Positions 1 through 12,100 of a stretch of DNA of 64,000 bases are shown here, piece by piece. The stretch covers positions 1,364,001 to 1,428,000 of the forward strand of contig OZ251242.1 of NCBI GenBank assembly GCA_965240325.2, given 5' to 3'. Each line of letters begins with the position of its first letter. Position 1 is the stretch's first letter. The translations under genes and the position numbers were made by a program. The notes beneath the pieces were generated by a model. It worked only from the letters and a program-made list of their open reading frames with translations, had not been told where the DNA came from and did not search any database. This DNA is from Rebecca billardiae RCC1528 (lineage: Eukaryota; Protista; Haptophyta).

Positions 1-65
1 AGCCCGCCGGTGCCAAAGCCGGCGCCACGGCCGCGCGCGCCTGCGAGAGCTCCGACGAGGCGATC

Positions 66-3000
66 GTGACGAAGCGCAGGCGGCCGCGCAAGCAGGGCGG
101 GGGCGAGCGGCGCGGCGACCTGTTGCAGCACGGCGCGCTCGCTGGCTCGCAGCCGGGCGTGCGGCCGGCGGCGGCGGCAGCCAGCGTGCCCCCGCGCCCG
201 CTCGCAGCAGCGCCGAGCACGCCGGCCGCGGCGGGCTCGGCCGCGGGTGCGCGTGCCGAGCGCACACCCCGGGAGGGCGCGGCCGTGCGCGCGCCCGACG
301 GCGCGCGCCCGCGCTTGCCCACGCCCAACGCCGTCACCATCGACCTGACTGCGCCCGGCGAGGCGGAGGTGGAGGCGGGGGCGGAGGGCGGGCTTTTCGG
401 CGGGGGGTCGGATGACGACGACGGGGAGACGGAGGCGACGGCAGAGGCGGCAGCGGCGGCGGCGGCGGCAGCGGCGGGGCAGCAGCCGGAAGCGGCGAGG
501 CTGGCGGCCACACACGCGCTCGCCGGCGCGGTGCGCGGCGCGCACGGCGCGCGCAGCAGCAGCCACAGCAGCGCCAGCGGGCACAGCAGCCTCAAGTCGG
601 GCGCGGCTGGGCCGACACTCGACCCGCCGGGCGCTAACCCTAACCCTAACCCCAACCCTAACCCGCATGGCGCGGACGACCGCGCGGACGAGGCGGAGGC
701 CGGCGCCGCGCCGCAGCCGGCTGCGTGCCTGGCGCTAGGCCGCAGCGCCCGCGGCCAGGACGCGGCCGCGCGCGCCGAGCGGCACGCGGGCGCTGCAGAC
801 GGGCCCAGCTCGACGCCGCCCGCCTCGCCCGCGCGCGCGGCCGTCTCGCCGCCGTCGCCGCTGTCGCCAGCGCCGCTGCATGATGAGGGCGACGACGGCG
901 ACGACGGCGGCGAGGGCGGGCCCGGCGGCGCGCGCGCGGCGCCGTCGGCCGCGGCCGCGGCCGCGCCGCCGCGCGCGCCGCTGCCCGCGCCCCGTCCCGC
1001 GCGCGCGCGCCGCTCGGCGCTCCACCGCGCGCGCCGGCTGGCGAGGCTTGTGGAAGCGTCGGTGGGCGCGCGCGCTCGGGTGTTGCTGCGCGCCGCCGGC
1101 ACGGCTCAGCAGCCGGCGCCGCCTGACGCGGACGCGGACGCGGGCGCGGACGCGGACGCTGGCGGCGTCGGCGCGCGAGGCACGATTGTGGGCGCGCGTG
1201 TGCGCGTGTGCGCTGACGCTCTGGTGCGCACGGACGACGGCCGGCTGCTGTGGGCGCGGCTCGGGGGGCGGCAGGGCGCGGCGCGCTGGGGGCGCGCTCG
1301 CGCGGAGGGCGCGCCGCCGCCCTCGCCGCCGCCGCCGCCTCGGCCATGCGGGCTCGCCAACGCCACAGGCGCCGCGTGCTTCGCCAACGCGCTGGTGCAG
1401 GCGTTGGCCGCGTGCCCGCCCGTGCGCGCGTGGGCGGCGGGCGGCGGCGGCGCGGCGGCGGCGGCGGCGGCGGCGGGCGCGGAGGGCGCGCGCGTGGAGG
1501 ATGCTGTGCGCGCGCAGCTCGCAATGCTGTGCGCCGCGCAGGAGGCGGCGGCCGCGCCGCCGCCCGCGCCCGCACACGCCGCCGCGCTCGCGGCCGCGCC
1601 CGCGGCCGCGCCCGGCGGCACGGGCGGCGGCGGCGCGCGCGCCACGCCCCTCCTCACGCCCACGCTCGCGCTCGAGGCGGCGCGCCGCGCCGGGCTCGAC
1701 CCGAGCGTCCAGCAGGATGCCGCCGAGCTGCTGCACCGCTGGCTCGCCTCGGAGCGCTCGCTCGGCGGCGCGTGCGCGTTTGCCCTGCGCCGCGTCGTCG
1801 CCAAGGGCCGGTGCGGTCGGTGCGGCGGCGCGCACCTGAGCAGCAGCAGCCTCGAGCTGCGCACGTGCGGCCCGGACCCGCTGCAGGTGGCGGACGCGCG
1901 GCAGCGCTGCGTGGGCAGCGCGCTGCGCGCGATGCTCGGCTGCGCGTCGCAAGCGCAGCTCAGCCCGACGCCCGCCGCAGCCGCGCCGCCCGCGCCGAGC
2001 GGCGGCGCGGGCGGGCGCGCGCGCGCGCCGGGCGGCGACGGCGGCGGCGCGGGCGACGGCGGCGGCGCGGGCGAGGGCGATGGCGGCCGCGCGGCCGGCG
2101 GCCACGTGGCGGGCGACGCGCTGGACGAGCTGCTGGCGACGATGGCGGCGGACTCCGGGGGCTCGGACGACGAGGCGGCTGAGATCCCTGAGGAGGAGGA
2201 GGGCGGCGGCTCTGAGGCGAGCCGCGCCGCAGAGGGCTCGCGCGGCACGGCGGCGCGCGCGCCGCGCGCGCCGCCCTTGGCCGCAGCGGCGGGCGGCGGC
2301 GGCAGCGCGGGCTCGGAGGCGCGCGGTGGCTGCGGCGCCGCCGCGCCGCCGCCTCCATGCTGGCAGGAGCGCTACCTCGCGGACTGCGACCTCCCCGGCT
2401 GCGGCGCGCGCGCCTCCGTGCCCACCGCGCGCGGCGCATGCCTGCACTCGGCGCCGCGCTGTCTGCCCGTCGTGCTGTCGCGCGCGGGCGCGGCGCAGAG
2501 CGCGGCGGTGAGCTTCCCGCAGACGCTGCGGCTAGAGCTGCTCGGCGCGGGCGCGGGCGGCGGCGGCGCGCGCGCCGGGCCCGCCGCGCGCTTTGAGCTG
2601 CACGCCGTTGTGTACCGCGCGGGCGCGTCCGCACACACCGGCCATTACGTCGCGGCCGTGCGCGCCGCGCCGCCCGCGCAGCCGCCGCAGCCGCAGCCGC
2701 AGCCGCAGCCGGAGCCGCAGCAAGCGCAGGCGCCGCCCGCGCGCGCGCGTGCCGACGCGGACGCCGCGCCCGAGCGCGACGCCGCCGACGCCGCCGAGCA
2801 CGACGAGGCGAGCGCCGCGCCGCCGCCGCGCGCGTGCGCGGCACCCCCGCCCGCGCGCCGCCCGACCGCCTCCGCCGCCTCCTGCTGCTGCTGGTGGCTG
2901 ATCGACGACTCGATCGTGCGGCCGCTGCCGGCCGGCGCGCAGCCGCTGCCGTGCGCGGCCGCCGAGCCGCCGCCGCCCGCGGTCGAGCTCGTGGGGTGCG

Positions 3001-3440
3001 TGGCGCACGCGTGTATGCTCTTCTACTGCAGGCGGGAGGAGCAAGGCGGGCTCGCGGATGCCGGCGGCGGCGGCGCGGACGGCGGCGACGACGACGAGGG
3101 CGCGCGGCTGGTTGCGACGGCCGAGGCCGAGCCGGTGCCGGCGGCAGCGGGCGCTCGGCTCAGGCGCGCGCTCGCGCGCGCGGCCGCGCGCGCCGCCTCC
3201 GACGACTCCGGCTCCGACTCGTCCTCGTCCTCGTCGCGCTCGCTGGGTGATGAAGGTGACGACGGCGCCGAGGATGAGTCGGAGTCGGACTCGGCGTCGC
3301 GCTGCCGGCTGCCATCCGCTACTGCGCCCGCCGCCGCCGCTGGGGCCTCTGCCGATTCGTCCGCCGCGCCCACCTCGCAGCTCACGTCAGGCCGGTTGAG
3401 ACTCATGCGCGACCCGCCCTCGCGCTCACTTGAGAGTTGA
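66..3440 (+). CDS. Ubiquitin-specific protease (peptidase C19/USP family); 5' end uncertain
   Basis: Cys box GLANATGAACFANALVQAL, QQDAAELL, His box FELHAVVY...GHYVAAV, WWLIDDSIV and ACMLFY occur in canonical order. The ORF starts at GTG, so the true start may lie upstream of the window. Confidence 0.85.
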   Translation: MTKRRRPRKQGGGERRGDLLQHGALAGSQPGVRPAAAAASVPPRPLAAAPSTPAAAGSAAGARAERTPREGAAVRAPDGARPRLPTPNAVTIDLTAPGEAEVEAGAEGGLFGGGSDDDDGETEATAEAAAAAAAAAAGQQPEAARLAATHALAGAVRGAHGARSSSHSSASGHSSLKSGAAGPTLDPPGANPNPNPNPNPHGADDRADEAEAGAAPQPAACLALGRSARGQDAAARAERHAGAADGPSSTPPASPARAAVSPPSPLSPAPLHDEGDDGDDGGEGGPGGARAAPSAAAAAAPPRAPLPAPRPARARRSALHRARRLARLVEASVGARARVLLRAAGTAQQPAPPDADADAGADADAGGVGARGTIVGARVRVCADALVRTDDGRLLWARLGGRQGAARWGRARAEGAPPPSPPPPPRPCGLANATGAACFANALVQALAACPPVRAWAAGGGGAAAAAAAAGAEGARVEDAVRAQLAMLCAAQEAAAAPPPAPAHAAALAAAPAAAPGGTGGGGARATPLLTPTLALEAARRAGLDPSVQQDAAELLHRWLASERSLGGACAFALRRVVAKGRCGRCGGAHLSSSSLELRTCGPDPLQVADARQRCVGSALRAMLGCASQAQLSPTPAAAAPPAPSGGAGGRARAPGGDGGGAGDGGGAGEGDGGRAAGGHVAGDALDELLATMAADSGGSDDEAAEIPEEEEGGGSEASRAAEGSRGTAARAPRAPPLAAAAGGGGSAGSEARGGCGAAAPPPPCWQERYLADCDLPGCGARASVPTARGACLHSAPRCLPVVLSRAGAAQSAAVSFPQTLRLELLGAGAGGGGARAGPAARFELHAVVYRAGASAHTGHYVAAVRAAPPAQPPQPQPQPQPEPQQAQAPPARARADADAAPERDAADAAEHDEASAAPPPRACAAPPPARRPTASAASCCCWWLIDDSIVRPLPAGAQPLPCAAAEPPPPAVELVGCVAHACMLFYCRREEQGGLADAGGGGADGGDDDEGARLVATAEAEPVPAAAGARLRRALARAAARAASDDSGSDSSSSSSRSLGDEGDDGAEDESESDSASRCRLPSATAPAAAAGASADSSAAPTSQLTSGRLRLMRDPPSRSLES
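634..664 (+). repeat. Telomere-like (CCCTAA)n tract within the USP CDS, encoding NPNPNPNPNP
   Basis: ctaaccctaaccctaaccccaaccctaaccc. Confidence 0.7.
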
Positions 3441-3645
3441 GTAGCTAGGCATGATACGGGCGCTGTTAACGCCTGCTGCCGGGCAGTCTCGCGCGTTCAC
3501 CAAGCTTGCCATCAGCAAGTTGCCATCAGGGAGCTAGGCAGATCTAGACCCACCACGGGCAGCAGGCGAGAGAGTGCGGCCGATCCGGCATCCGCGAGGC
3601 GGGCTTCATCGTTTGCGACGTGGACGGACCCAACCAACGGCGGCC

Positions 3646-4692
3646 ATGCTGCTGCGGCCGCTGCTCGCCCTCCTCCTCGCGGGCCCCCGCGCCGCCGGCG
3701 CCGCGGCGACGACGGCGCGCGCGCTCGAGGCGAAGCTGCTCGGCCAGCTCCGCCGCTCCAGCCTCGAGCACGGCCTCATCGAGCGCGGCGACCACGTGGC
3801 CGTGTGCGTGTCGGGCGGCAAGGACTCGGCGGCCATGCTCGACCTGCTGCTCAGGCTGCAGCGCAGCCTGCGGCACACGTGCCCCTTCGAGCTGAGCGCG
3901 GTGCACGTCGACCAGGGCCAGCCCGGGTACGACGGCGCGCCGCTCGTCGCCTGGCTCGCCTCGCTCGGCGTGCGCCACACGGTCGTGTCGGAGGACACGT
4001 ACTCGGTCGTGCTCGACAAGACGGCCGCGGGCAAGGCGTACTGCTCGATGTGCTCGAGGCTGCGCCGCGGCATCCTGTACAGCGCGGCGGAGGGGCTCGG
4101 CGCGAACAAGATCGCGCTGGGCCACCACGCCGACGACGCCATCGAGACGCTCCTCCTCAACCTGCTCCACCAGGCGAAGCTGGCCGCCATGCCTGCGCGC
4201 TACCACTCCGAGGCGCGCGGCCTCGGCGTGATCCGGCCTCTGATTGGCTGCTTCGAGGCGGACATCGGCGCGTACGCGCAGGCGATGGGCTTCCCGATCC
4301 TGCCGTGCACGCTGTGCGGCACGCAGCCGGACGCGCAGCGCGCCAAGGTCAAGCTGCTCGTCTCCGCGCTCGAAGGCCTTAACCCGCATGCGCGCGCGTC
4401 CATGCTGGGCGCCCTCGGCGACGTGCGACCGAGCCACCTGCTGGACGCCGAGCTCAGGGCGGCGAGCGGCCTGGACGCGCGCACCGGCCGGGTGGTGCAC
4501 GAGCGCGCGCGCGCGATGCGCGGGTACCGCGACAGCCCGCTCGCCGTCGGCGCTGACGCCGACGGCGGCGCGCCGCCAGCCAGCCACGGCGGTCATGTTG
4601 TCCGTCATGCCGACACCGCAGCAGCCGACAGCGCGCCGCCGACCACGCGCACCGGCAGCAGCGGCAGCAGCGGCAGCAGCATAGCCGTGTGA
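3646..4692 (+). CDS. ttcA: tRNA 2-thiocytidine(32) synthetase TtcA, bacterial type, with N-terminal signal peptide
   Basis: PP-loop SGGKDS, CSMCSRLRRG, ALGHHADDAIET, IRPL, PILPCTLCG; hydrophobic leader MLLRPLLALLLAG. Confidence 0.9.
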   Translation: MLLRPLLALLLAGPRAAGAAATTARALEAKLLGQLRRSSLEHGLIERGDHVAVCVSGGKDSAAMLDLLLRLQRSLRHTCPFELSAVHVDQGQPGYDGAPLVAWLASLGVRHTVVSEDTYSVVLDKTAAGKAYCSMCSRLRRGILYSAAEGLGANKIALGHHADDAIETLLLNLLHQAKLAAMPARYHSEARGLGVIRPLIGCFEADIGAYAQAMGFPILPCTLCGTQPDAQRAKVKLLVSALEGLNPHARASMLGALGDVRPSHLLDAELRAASGLDARTGRVVHERARAMRGYRDSPLAVGADADGGAPPASHGGHVVRHADTAAADSAPPTTRTGSSGSSGSSIAV

Positions 4693-5875
4693 GCCGCAGC
4701 GCGAGCGGTGCGGGCCACGCGCCAGGCGCGACATCGCGCCGATGGCGCGGATGCGTGTTGGCCGTCGTGCGGCCGACGTGTCGCGTGAGCCGTACTAGCG
4801 GCCGCGGGACTGTACGGTTGAGCCGATTCCGGCACCGTAGCTTACAGTCCGAGTCCGGGGCTCATCACTCAAGTCCAGTGACCTGCTGCTACTGCTGCGC
4901 TGATGATTTGCGGCGGGAGCCATCGCGTCGTCAGCACTGTACGTGACGACTGAGCGCCGCATCAGGCGTACTCGGACCGTGGCTCGGCGGATTGACAGTA
5001 CTACTGCGCGCGCGCTATGATCCGTAGCAGAATAACGGACGTCAGCGCTGCACCGCGGTCGCGCGCTGATTGTACGCCTGCTACGACTACGTCGGACTGA
5101 CAGAAGTCGCGACGACTCTCGCGACTTAAACTCGCCGGCGCGCTGCTCGCTGCCCAGGCCCCGGCCGCGAATGATACGGCAGTCTCAGCTGCGGCTCGCA
5201 GCGCGCGGGCCGACTCGGCTGATCATCAGCGCCGTTCTAGATCTCGGCGGATCGATCGTCGCCGCCTCCGGGATCGACGAGCATCGATCTTAGGAGTAAA
5301 ATATATATAAGTTACTATTCTAAGCACATCCGCCGCCGAGTTGATGATATCGACCGCCGCTGCTGCACCGCGTAGCAGTGCGCTGATAATCCGGTCAGCA
5401 TCTATATATCATGATTGCTTGACGATCCGGTCCCCGGGACTCGGATGCCGCCGCGATGATGGCAGCACGCGCGCCATGATCCGCGGCGGCACTGACGGAG
5501 TCGGAGAGTATAGTATAGTAGGCTACACGGACGCCGCGGCGCGGAGGCCGGAGACGCCGACGCCGACGGCGGACACGGCGCCGTCCGCGGGACGAGCCAC
5601 GCCTGCCGATGAGAGTGCCAGCAATAAGACGACTCGACGTACTCGCACGGGTAGTGAGCTAGCTTTACTCCGTGCGGCACGCACTGTATGTACGTCTGTA
5701 CGAGGGTACCGTCGTCGTACGCGGCCTAGCCGAGTACGGCGCACCCGCGCCGTGCAGCTGCGGGCCCGCAGGCTGCGCCTGCCGCCTCCAACTGCGTTCG
5801 CCAGACAGCGTCGTTGGTTCTACTGATGCGGAAAAGCCAAAAGGACCGCGCGGATGCACGCGGTCAGTATTATTC

Positions 5876-8800
5876 TTATTCTGCCGCGCCATCGTCTGGC
5901 GGCAGCGGTGTCGGCGTCGGCCCGGGCGCCGCGTCCGGCGCGCCTCGCGCGAGCTGGCCCGTGGCGCCGAGGCCGCCGAGCAGCGCCGCCCTTCCGCCGG
6001 GCGCGAGCAGCAGCGCGACGGCGAGCGCGCAGAGCGCGCCGAGCAGCAGCCGCAGCCACGCACACTCGAGCAGCGGCGCCGAGGCGCGCACGGTCGAGAG
6101 GACGCAGCGCTTGTCCGCGGAGACGGACACGACGCGCACGGCGCGCGGCGCCGGCGCCGCGCCGCGCGCGCCCGCCGCGCGCGCCGCTGCGGGCGGCGGC
6201 GGCAGCGCGACGAGCGCCGTGACAGGGAGCGAGTGCGCGCGCGCGCGGCCGAGCGGCGCGAGCGTGCGCGCGCACACGAGCGCCACCTCGCCCTCGCCCG
6301 TGCCGATGAGGACGTGGAGGCCGTCCGGGCTGAGCGCGCACGCGGTGTGCGCGTGCGCGCACACGCGCCTCGGTGCCATCGCCACCGCCGCGCCCGCCGC
6401 CTCCGCGGGCGTGCCGCCCGCGGGCAGCGCCCAGCACGTGAGGTGCGTGCCCTGCCCGGGCGCGGAGATGAGCCCGAGCAGTCGCACGGCCGCGGCGGCG
6501 GCGGGCGCGGCGGAGCCGGCGGGCGCGCCGCCGCCCGTGGGGTGCGAGGGCGGCACGAAGCTGCGCGGCGCGCCGCGCGCCGCGCGGGCGCCGCGCGCGC
6601 GTGGGCGCGTGAGTGCGCGCGGCGACGGCGCGTCGGCGCGTCGGCCGGGCGCGCGGCGCGCGCGCACAGAACGGCCTTGAGGCGTGGCGCCACGGGCTTG
6701 CGCCGCGCGCGGCCGCCGCCGCCGGCCGCGCTCGCCGCGACCGCCGGCACCTGCAGCTGCGCCGGCAGATCGGGCGCGCCGCCAGCCCACAGCCACAGCC
6801 GGCCGGCCGAGTCCACCGCCGCCAGCCGCGTGCTAGCCACCCGCGCCGCCGGCAGCAGCGCGGCGCTCACGACGCCGACGCACGGCCGGCCGACGGCGGG
6901 GGGCGGCACGCGGCGCGCCCACAGCGCGCGGGGCTGCGCGGGCGCGCCCGACGCACCGCCCGCCGTGCGCGCCGGCACGTGCAGCAGCAGCACGCGCCCG
7001 TCGGAGGTGCCGGCGCAGAGCAGCGCGCCCGGCGCGCCGCCCTCCGCGGCCGCGCCGTCCGCGCCGCCGTGCGTGGGCGCGCGCACCGCACCCGGCGCAA
7101 AGCAGAGCGCCGCGATCTCCGCGGGCTCGGACGGCTCGGCCGCGGAGGGCGGCGTGCCTTGGTCCCCCGCGGCGCTCTGCGCCGCCTGCGCCTGCGCCTG
7201 CGCCTGCGCCGGCGGCGTGAACGCCGCGCCGTCCAATCGGAACACAGCAAGCTCCTCCAGAGGGCCGCCCGCCAGTGGGCCGCGCAGCTCCGAGGTGCCC
7301 AGCAGGCTGTCGTCGGCGTCGGCGCCGCCGCGTTCGGCCCCCGCCGCGTCGCGCTGCGTCGCCAGCCGCAGCGTGTCCCCCGTGCTCAGCGCCACCAGCG
7401 GCTGCGCGGCACAGCGCGTGCGCGCGCGGCGCGGCGCGGCGCGGCTGAGCAGGCGAGCGCGCGCGCGCGCACGCGCCGCGCCCGCGCCCCCGCCTCTGCC
7501 GGCCAGCGGCCAGCGCTCGGCCCAGCGCCTGGCCCGCGCCCCGGGCCGCGCGCGGAGCGGCGCCGGAGCGGCGCGCTGGCGCGGCGGCGCGGTTGTGCGG
7601 TGGCGGGCGCGGTGGTGTGCGGTGGTGCGGCGGTGTGGCGCGGTGCAGTGGTGGTGCGGTGGCGGTGGCGGTGGCGGTGGTGCGGTGGCGCGGTGGCGCG
7701 GTGGCGGTGCGTGCGTGCGTGCGCGCGTGCAACGCACAGAGGAGTCGTGCGCTGCCAGGCCAAACACCGCGCGCGCGCCCACGTCCTGCGTCCAGCGCAC
7801 GCGGAGCGGGGCCGGGGGCAGCGCGGCGCCCTCGACCTGCACGCCCGCCACGCCGTTCGGGATGCCAGTCTTCGACGAGCCGCCGCCTCCGCCGATCAGC
7901 ACGCAGCACGGCGCAGCGCCCGCGGCGGCGTCGGCGTCGGCGGCGCCGTCGGCGGCGGCGGCGGCCGCGCGCGCGGGCGGCGCGCTCAGCGCGGCGGCGA
8001 AGAGCGGCATGCGGCACTCGACGAGCCAGTCGGCCGGCGCGCCGTCGGGCACCCACGCCATCGACTTGGGCGCGCGCTTCGCCGGCGTGCCCGCCGCGCC
8101 GGCCGCCGCCGCCTCCGCCGCGGGCGCGGCGCCGGGCTCGCGCGCGCGCGCCGCCGGCGCATGCGGCGCGCCGCCACCGCGCCGCGCCTCCTCGTCGCGC
8201 GCGGGCGAAGGGTACTGCACGGCCGCGTCGGTGCGGGGCGCGTGCGCGGGCGCGCCGCCCGCCTCGCTCCGCGCGGACGCCGCGGGCTCCCCGCGCGCGC
8301 CGCCGCAGCGCGCGCCCTCGCCGCCGGGCGGCGGCGCCACGGCGTCCACAGCCGCGGGCTGCGCGCTGCCCATCGCTGCGGGCGGCGGCGCGCCGGCGGC
8401 GCCCTGGTCGGGCTCGGTGGCGCGCGAGCCGTTGGTGCCGGCGGCGCGGCGCGCGGCGTCCAGCGCGGCCTTTGAGCGCTCGTTCAGCTCGTGCACCGCG
8501 CGCGCGAGCTCGGGCAGCTCCTCCTCCTCCGGCGGCGGCGGCGGCGGCGGCGGCGGCTGCGCGCGCTCAGCAGCGCCCGCGCCTGAGCGCGCGCCGCGCG
8601 CCGCGGCCGCGGCCGCGGGCTCTGCGGCCGCGGCCGCGGCGGAGGAGGCCTCGGAGCGTGCCGAGCTGGGCGTTGCGGCGGCACTTGCCGGCGTCGCGCG
8701 GCCCGGCTTGATCAGGTCGACGGGCGGCAGCCCTGCGGCCGGCGACGCGCGGTCGCGGGGTCGCGGTGCGCGCGCGCCGCCTCAGCGCGCCGCGATCGGC

Positions 8801-8916
8801 GGCGGCCGGGGCGAGGGCACGCCCGCAAGAGTGGGCGCGGGTTCGCGCATGCACGCGCCGGATGCAGTGCCGCGCGGCGTACCCTTCTTGCGCCGCGAGT
8901 TGGGCGAGTCCGCCAT
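5876..8916 (-). CDS. SEC12: Sec12/PREB-like WD40 GEF for Sar1; 4 exons (introns 8733-8882, 7402-7737, 6561-6667)
   Basis: K-loop motif GGGGGSSKTGIPNG, WD-like repeats (CAGTSDGRV, LIGTGEGEV, AHSLPVTAL, VSVSADKRC) and a C-terminal TM helix. GT-AG introns restore one frame starting at MADSPNSRRKKG. Confidence 0.8.
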
Positions 8917-9160
8917 GCGGAGGCGAGTGCGCGAGCGCGGCGGTGATGGCCTGGATGCGCGCCGTCAAGTGCCTCGCACGATGCCGCCGCCCGGACACGC
9001 CCAGCCGTGCTTGCGCAGCCGGACCTTGCTGGGTCAGTGTCCCGCTTGGCGGCTGGCGGCTGGCGAGTTGGCCGCCGCTCCTAGGCTTTTGCCCGCCAAC
9101 CGCCCGAGGCTCGGGCGACTCTCCGCCCCCCGCCCGCCAACGGCGCTCGCCCCCCTCGGC

Positions 9161-12100
9161 ATGCCGGCGTACGCGCCCGACCTGCCGGTGGAGGAGCTCG
9201 CGGCGGAGCGGCAGAGCTGCCTCGACGACATCTACTCGCTGCTCTGCACCAAGGCCGCCTACCGCGGCTTCCCGTGCCCGGAGGTGGACGCCGAGTTGGC
9301 GCGGCTGCAGGCACACGTCAGTGTGCTCGAGCAGGTGCGCCGCGCGCGCGGCGCAGCGCGGCGTGCGCCGCGCGCGCGCGCCCGAGAGAGAGAGAGAGCG
9401 CGCGCGCGCGCACGCCGCGCGCGCCCTCCGCGCCCGAGCGCGCGCCCGCGCCCGACGGGCCGCGCGCGCTCGGGCGCGCGCGAGCGCGAGCGCAAGGCTG
9501 ACCGACGCATGCGTGCCGCTGCCTGCGCGCGCGCGCGCGCGCGCCTCGCCGCCGCGCCCGCGCGCGCGCAGATGATCAACGCGAACCTCGCCGGCTGGCC
9601 CGCGCCGCCGCCGCCGCGCGCCGCGCGGCACGTCCAAGACCCGCCGCCGATGCGCCCGCCGGCCGTCGGCGGCGCGCCGCTCGGCGGCCTGGCGATGGCG
9701 CCGCCGCCGTACCGCCCGCCCGCGGCGGCGGGCGCGGCGGCGGCGGCGCTGCCTCGCGCCGCGTGGCCCGCGCCGCCCGCGCCGCGCCGCGCCGCCGCCG
9801 CCGCCCCGCTCGCGGCCGCGCTCCCGCCCGCTGGCGGCGCGGGCGGTCCGTACGCGCACGGCGGCGCGGCGCACGATGGCGCGCCCGCCGCGCGCGCGCG
9901 CTGGCCGGCGGCGTACGGCGACGCGGCGGCGTACGCGGCGTCGGCGCGTGCGCCGCCGTACGGCGCACCGCCCGGCCCCGCCGCCGCGTGGGCCCACGCC
10001 CCGCCCTTCGACGCGGACGACGACGACGAGGCGGGCGCGGACGAGCCGGCTGCGCGCTTTGGCGCAGCAGCGCTGCTCGGCCGCGAGGCCGCGGAGATGC
10101 GCGCGGTGCGCGCGGTGGACGCCGCCGAGGCGGAGGCGGAGGCGGAGGCGGAGATCGACGCAGAGATCGCGGCGGAGATCGAGGCGGAGATGCGCCGCGA
10201 GGAGGCCGCGTACGCGTCGGCGGGCGGCCCGCCGTCGCGCGTGTACATTGCGCGCGGCGGCGGCGCGGCGCGCGCGCCGCAGCCGCAGCCACCGCTGCCC
10301 GGCGCGCCGCCGCCCGTCGCGGCGCGCCCCGCGCTCGGCGGCGGCGCGGCGGCGCCGCGCGCGTCGCGCTCGGTCGGCGCGCAGGCGGGCGCCGGCGCGG
10401 AGGCGCTGCGCGCCGAGCGCGCCGCCGGCCCCGCCGCGCCGCCGCCGCCCGCCGCCGCGCTGGGCGCCGTGAGCGCGGTCGAGCGGCTCGCTGAGATCGC
10501 GGGGTCGCTGCGGCCGGAGACCGCTCCGACCAACGGGCGGCGGCACGTGGCGACGTCGGCGTGGGACGAGGGGTTCGGCGCGCGCGGCGTGGGCGGCGGC
10601 GCGGGCGGCGTCGTGCCGCCCGCGCCCGCGCGCCCGTCCACCGCCGGGCCGCCGCTCCAGCCCTCCGCCGCGCGCGCGGCCGAGCAGCGCGCCGCCGCGG
10701 CCGAGGCGCGCTTGGCCGAGCAGAGGCGGCGCGCCGCGCTCGTCGCCGCGCGCGCGCAGGGCGCCGCCGCGCTCGCCGAGGCGCGGCGGGGCGCGGCGGA
10801 GCAGGCGGAGGCGCGCGCGGCGGCGGCGGAGCAGGAGGCGCTCGCCGCCGCGCAGCGCCAGCGCATCGCCGCCCTCGGCCAGTGGGCGGAGCAGCTGCTG
10901 GGCGCAGCAGCACACGAGCCCGCGCCGCGCGCGGGGCGGCGGGTGCCGCCCGAGGTCGAGCCCCGCGGCCAGCCGCAGCCGGGCGGAGGGCCGGCGGCGC
11001 GGCGCGCGGACAGCGTCGCCGTCGACTCGGAGGCGGAGCGGCTGGCGGCCGCGGCGGCGCGGCAGCAGCAGCACGCGCAGCAGCAGCAGCAGCAGTGGCA
11101 GCGGCAGCAGCAGGCGCAGCAGCAGCGCGCACCGCTCGGCGCGGACGACGACGACGACGACGACGACGACGACAACGACGACGACGACGGCTACGCCTAC
11201 GAGGACGAGGACGAGGCCGAGGCGGACGGCGCCGAAGACAGTGGCGGCGGCGGGCCGTCGCGCGCCGACACGCTGGCGGCGCAGGCGCGCGCGCTCCTCG
11301 CCGCGATGCAGCAGCTGCGCACGCACGGCGACCCCGACGACGCGGCCGACCGCGCGCGCGCGCACGAGCTGAGTGGAGCGATGGAGGCCGTGATGGCTGC
11401 GCTGCGGGCGGAGTCGCGAGAGGCGTCGGCGCGCGCGGCGCAGGCGGACGCGGCGGCGCGGCGCGCGGGCGCCGAGGGCGGCGCGCCGCGCGCGATCCCC
11501 GAGCGCGCCGCCGACGCCGACGCCGGCGGCGCGCGGGGCGGCTCGGAGGAGCGCGAGCTGCTCGCTCACGCGCGCTCGGCGATTGAGTCGGCGCAGCGCG
11601 CGAGCGCGGCGCAGCGCGCGAGCGCCGCCGCCGAGGCCGACGGCGCCGAGGCGCAGCCGGCGCCGCGCGCGCGCCCGTCGTCGTCGGCCGCGCGCCCGCC
11701 GCCGCCGCACCAGCACCAGCACCCGCCGCCGCTTGGCGCGGGCCTGCCCGCCGCCGACGCGCCCGCCGTGCACGCGGAGGCGGCGCTGAACGCGGAGCGC
11801 ATGGGCGCGCTGCTGTCCAAGATGGCGGAGCTGCAGGCCGTGTCCGAGCGCGTGCAGGCGCTGCGCGAGCTGCTCGGCGGGCAGGGGGCGGGCGGCGCGC
11901 ACACCCAAGGCCCGACGCCGCCCGCGCACGCCGCGGCGGTGGAGGAGGACGACGAGGACGAGGAGGAGGACGAGGAGGGTGGTGGTGACGACGAGCCGCC
12001 CGCGCAGGAGACGGCCGCGGAGGCGATGGCGCGCGCAAGGCTCGAGCGCCTCCGCTCGGAGAACGACGCCGCGCAGGCGAGGGTGGACGCTGCACGCGCC

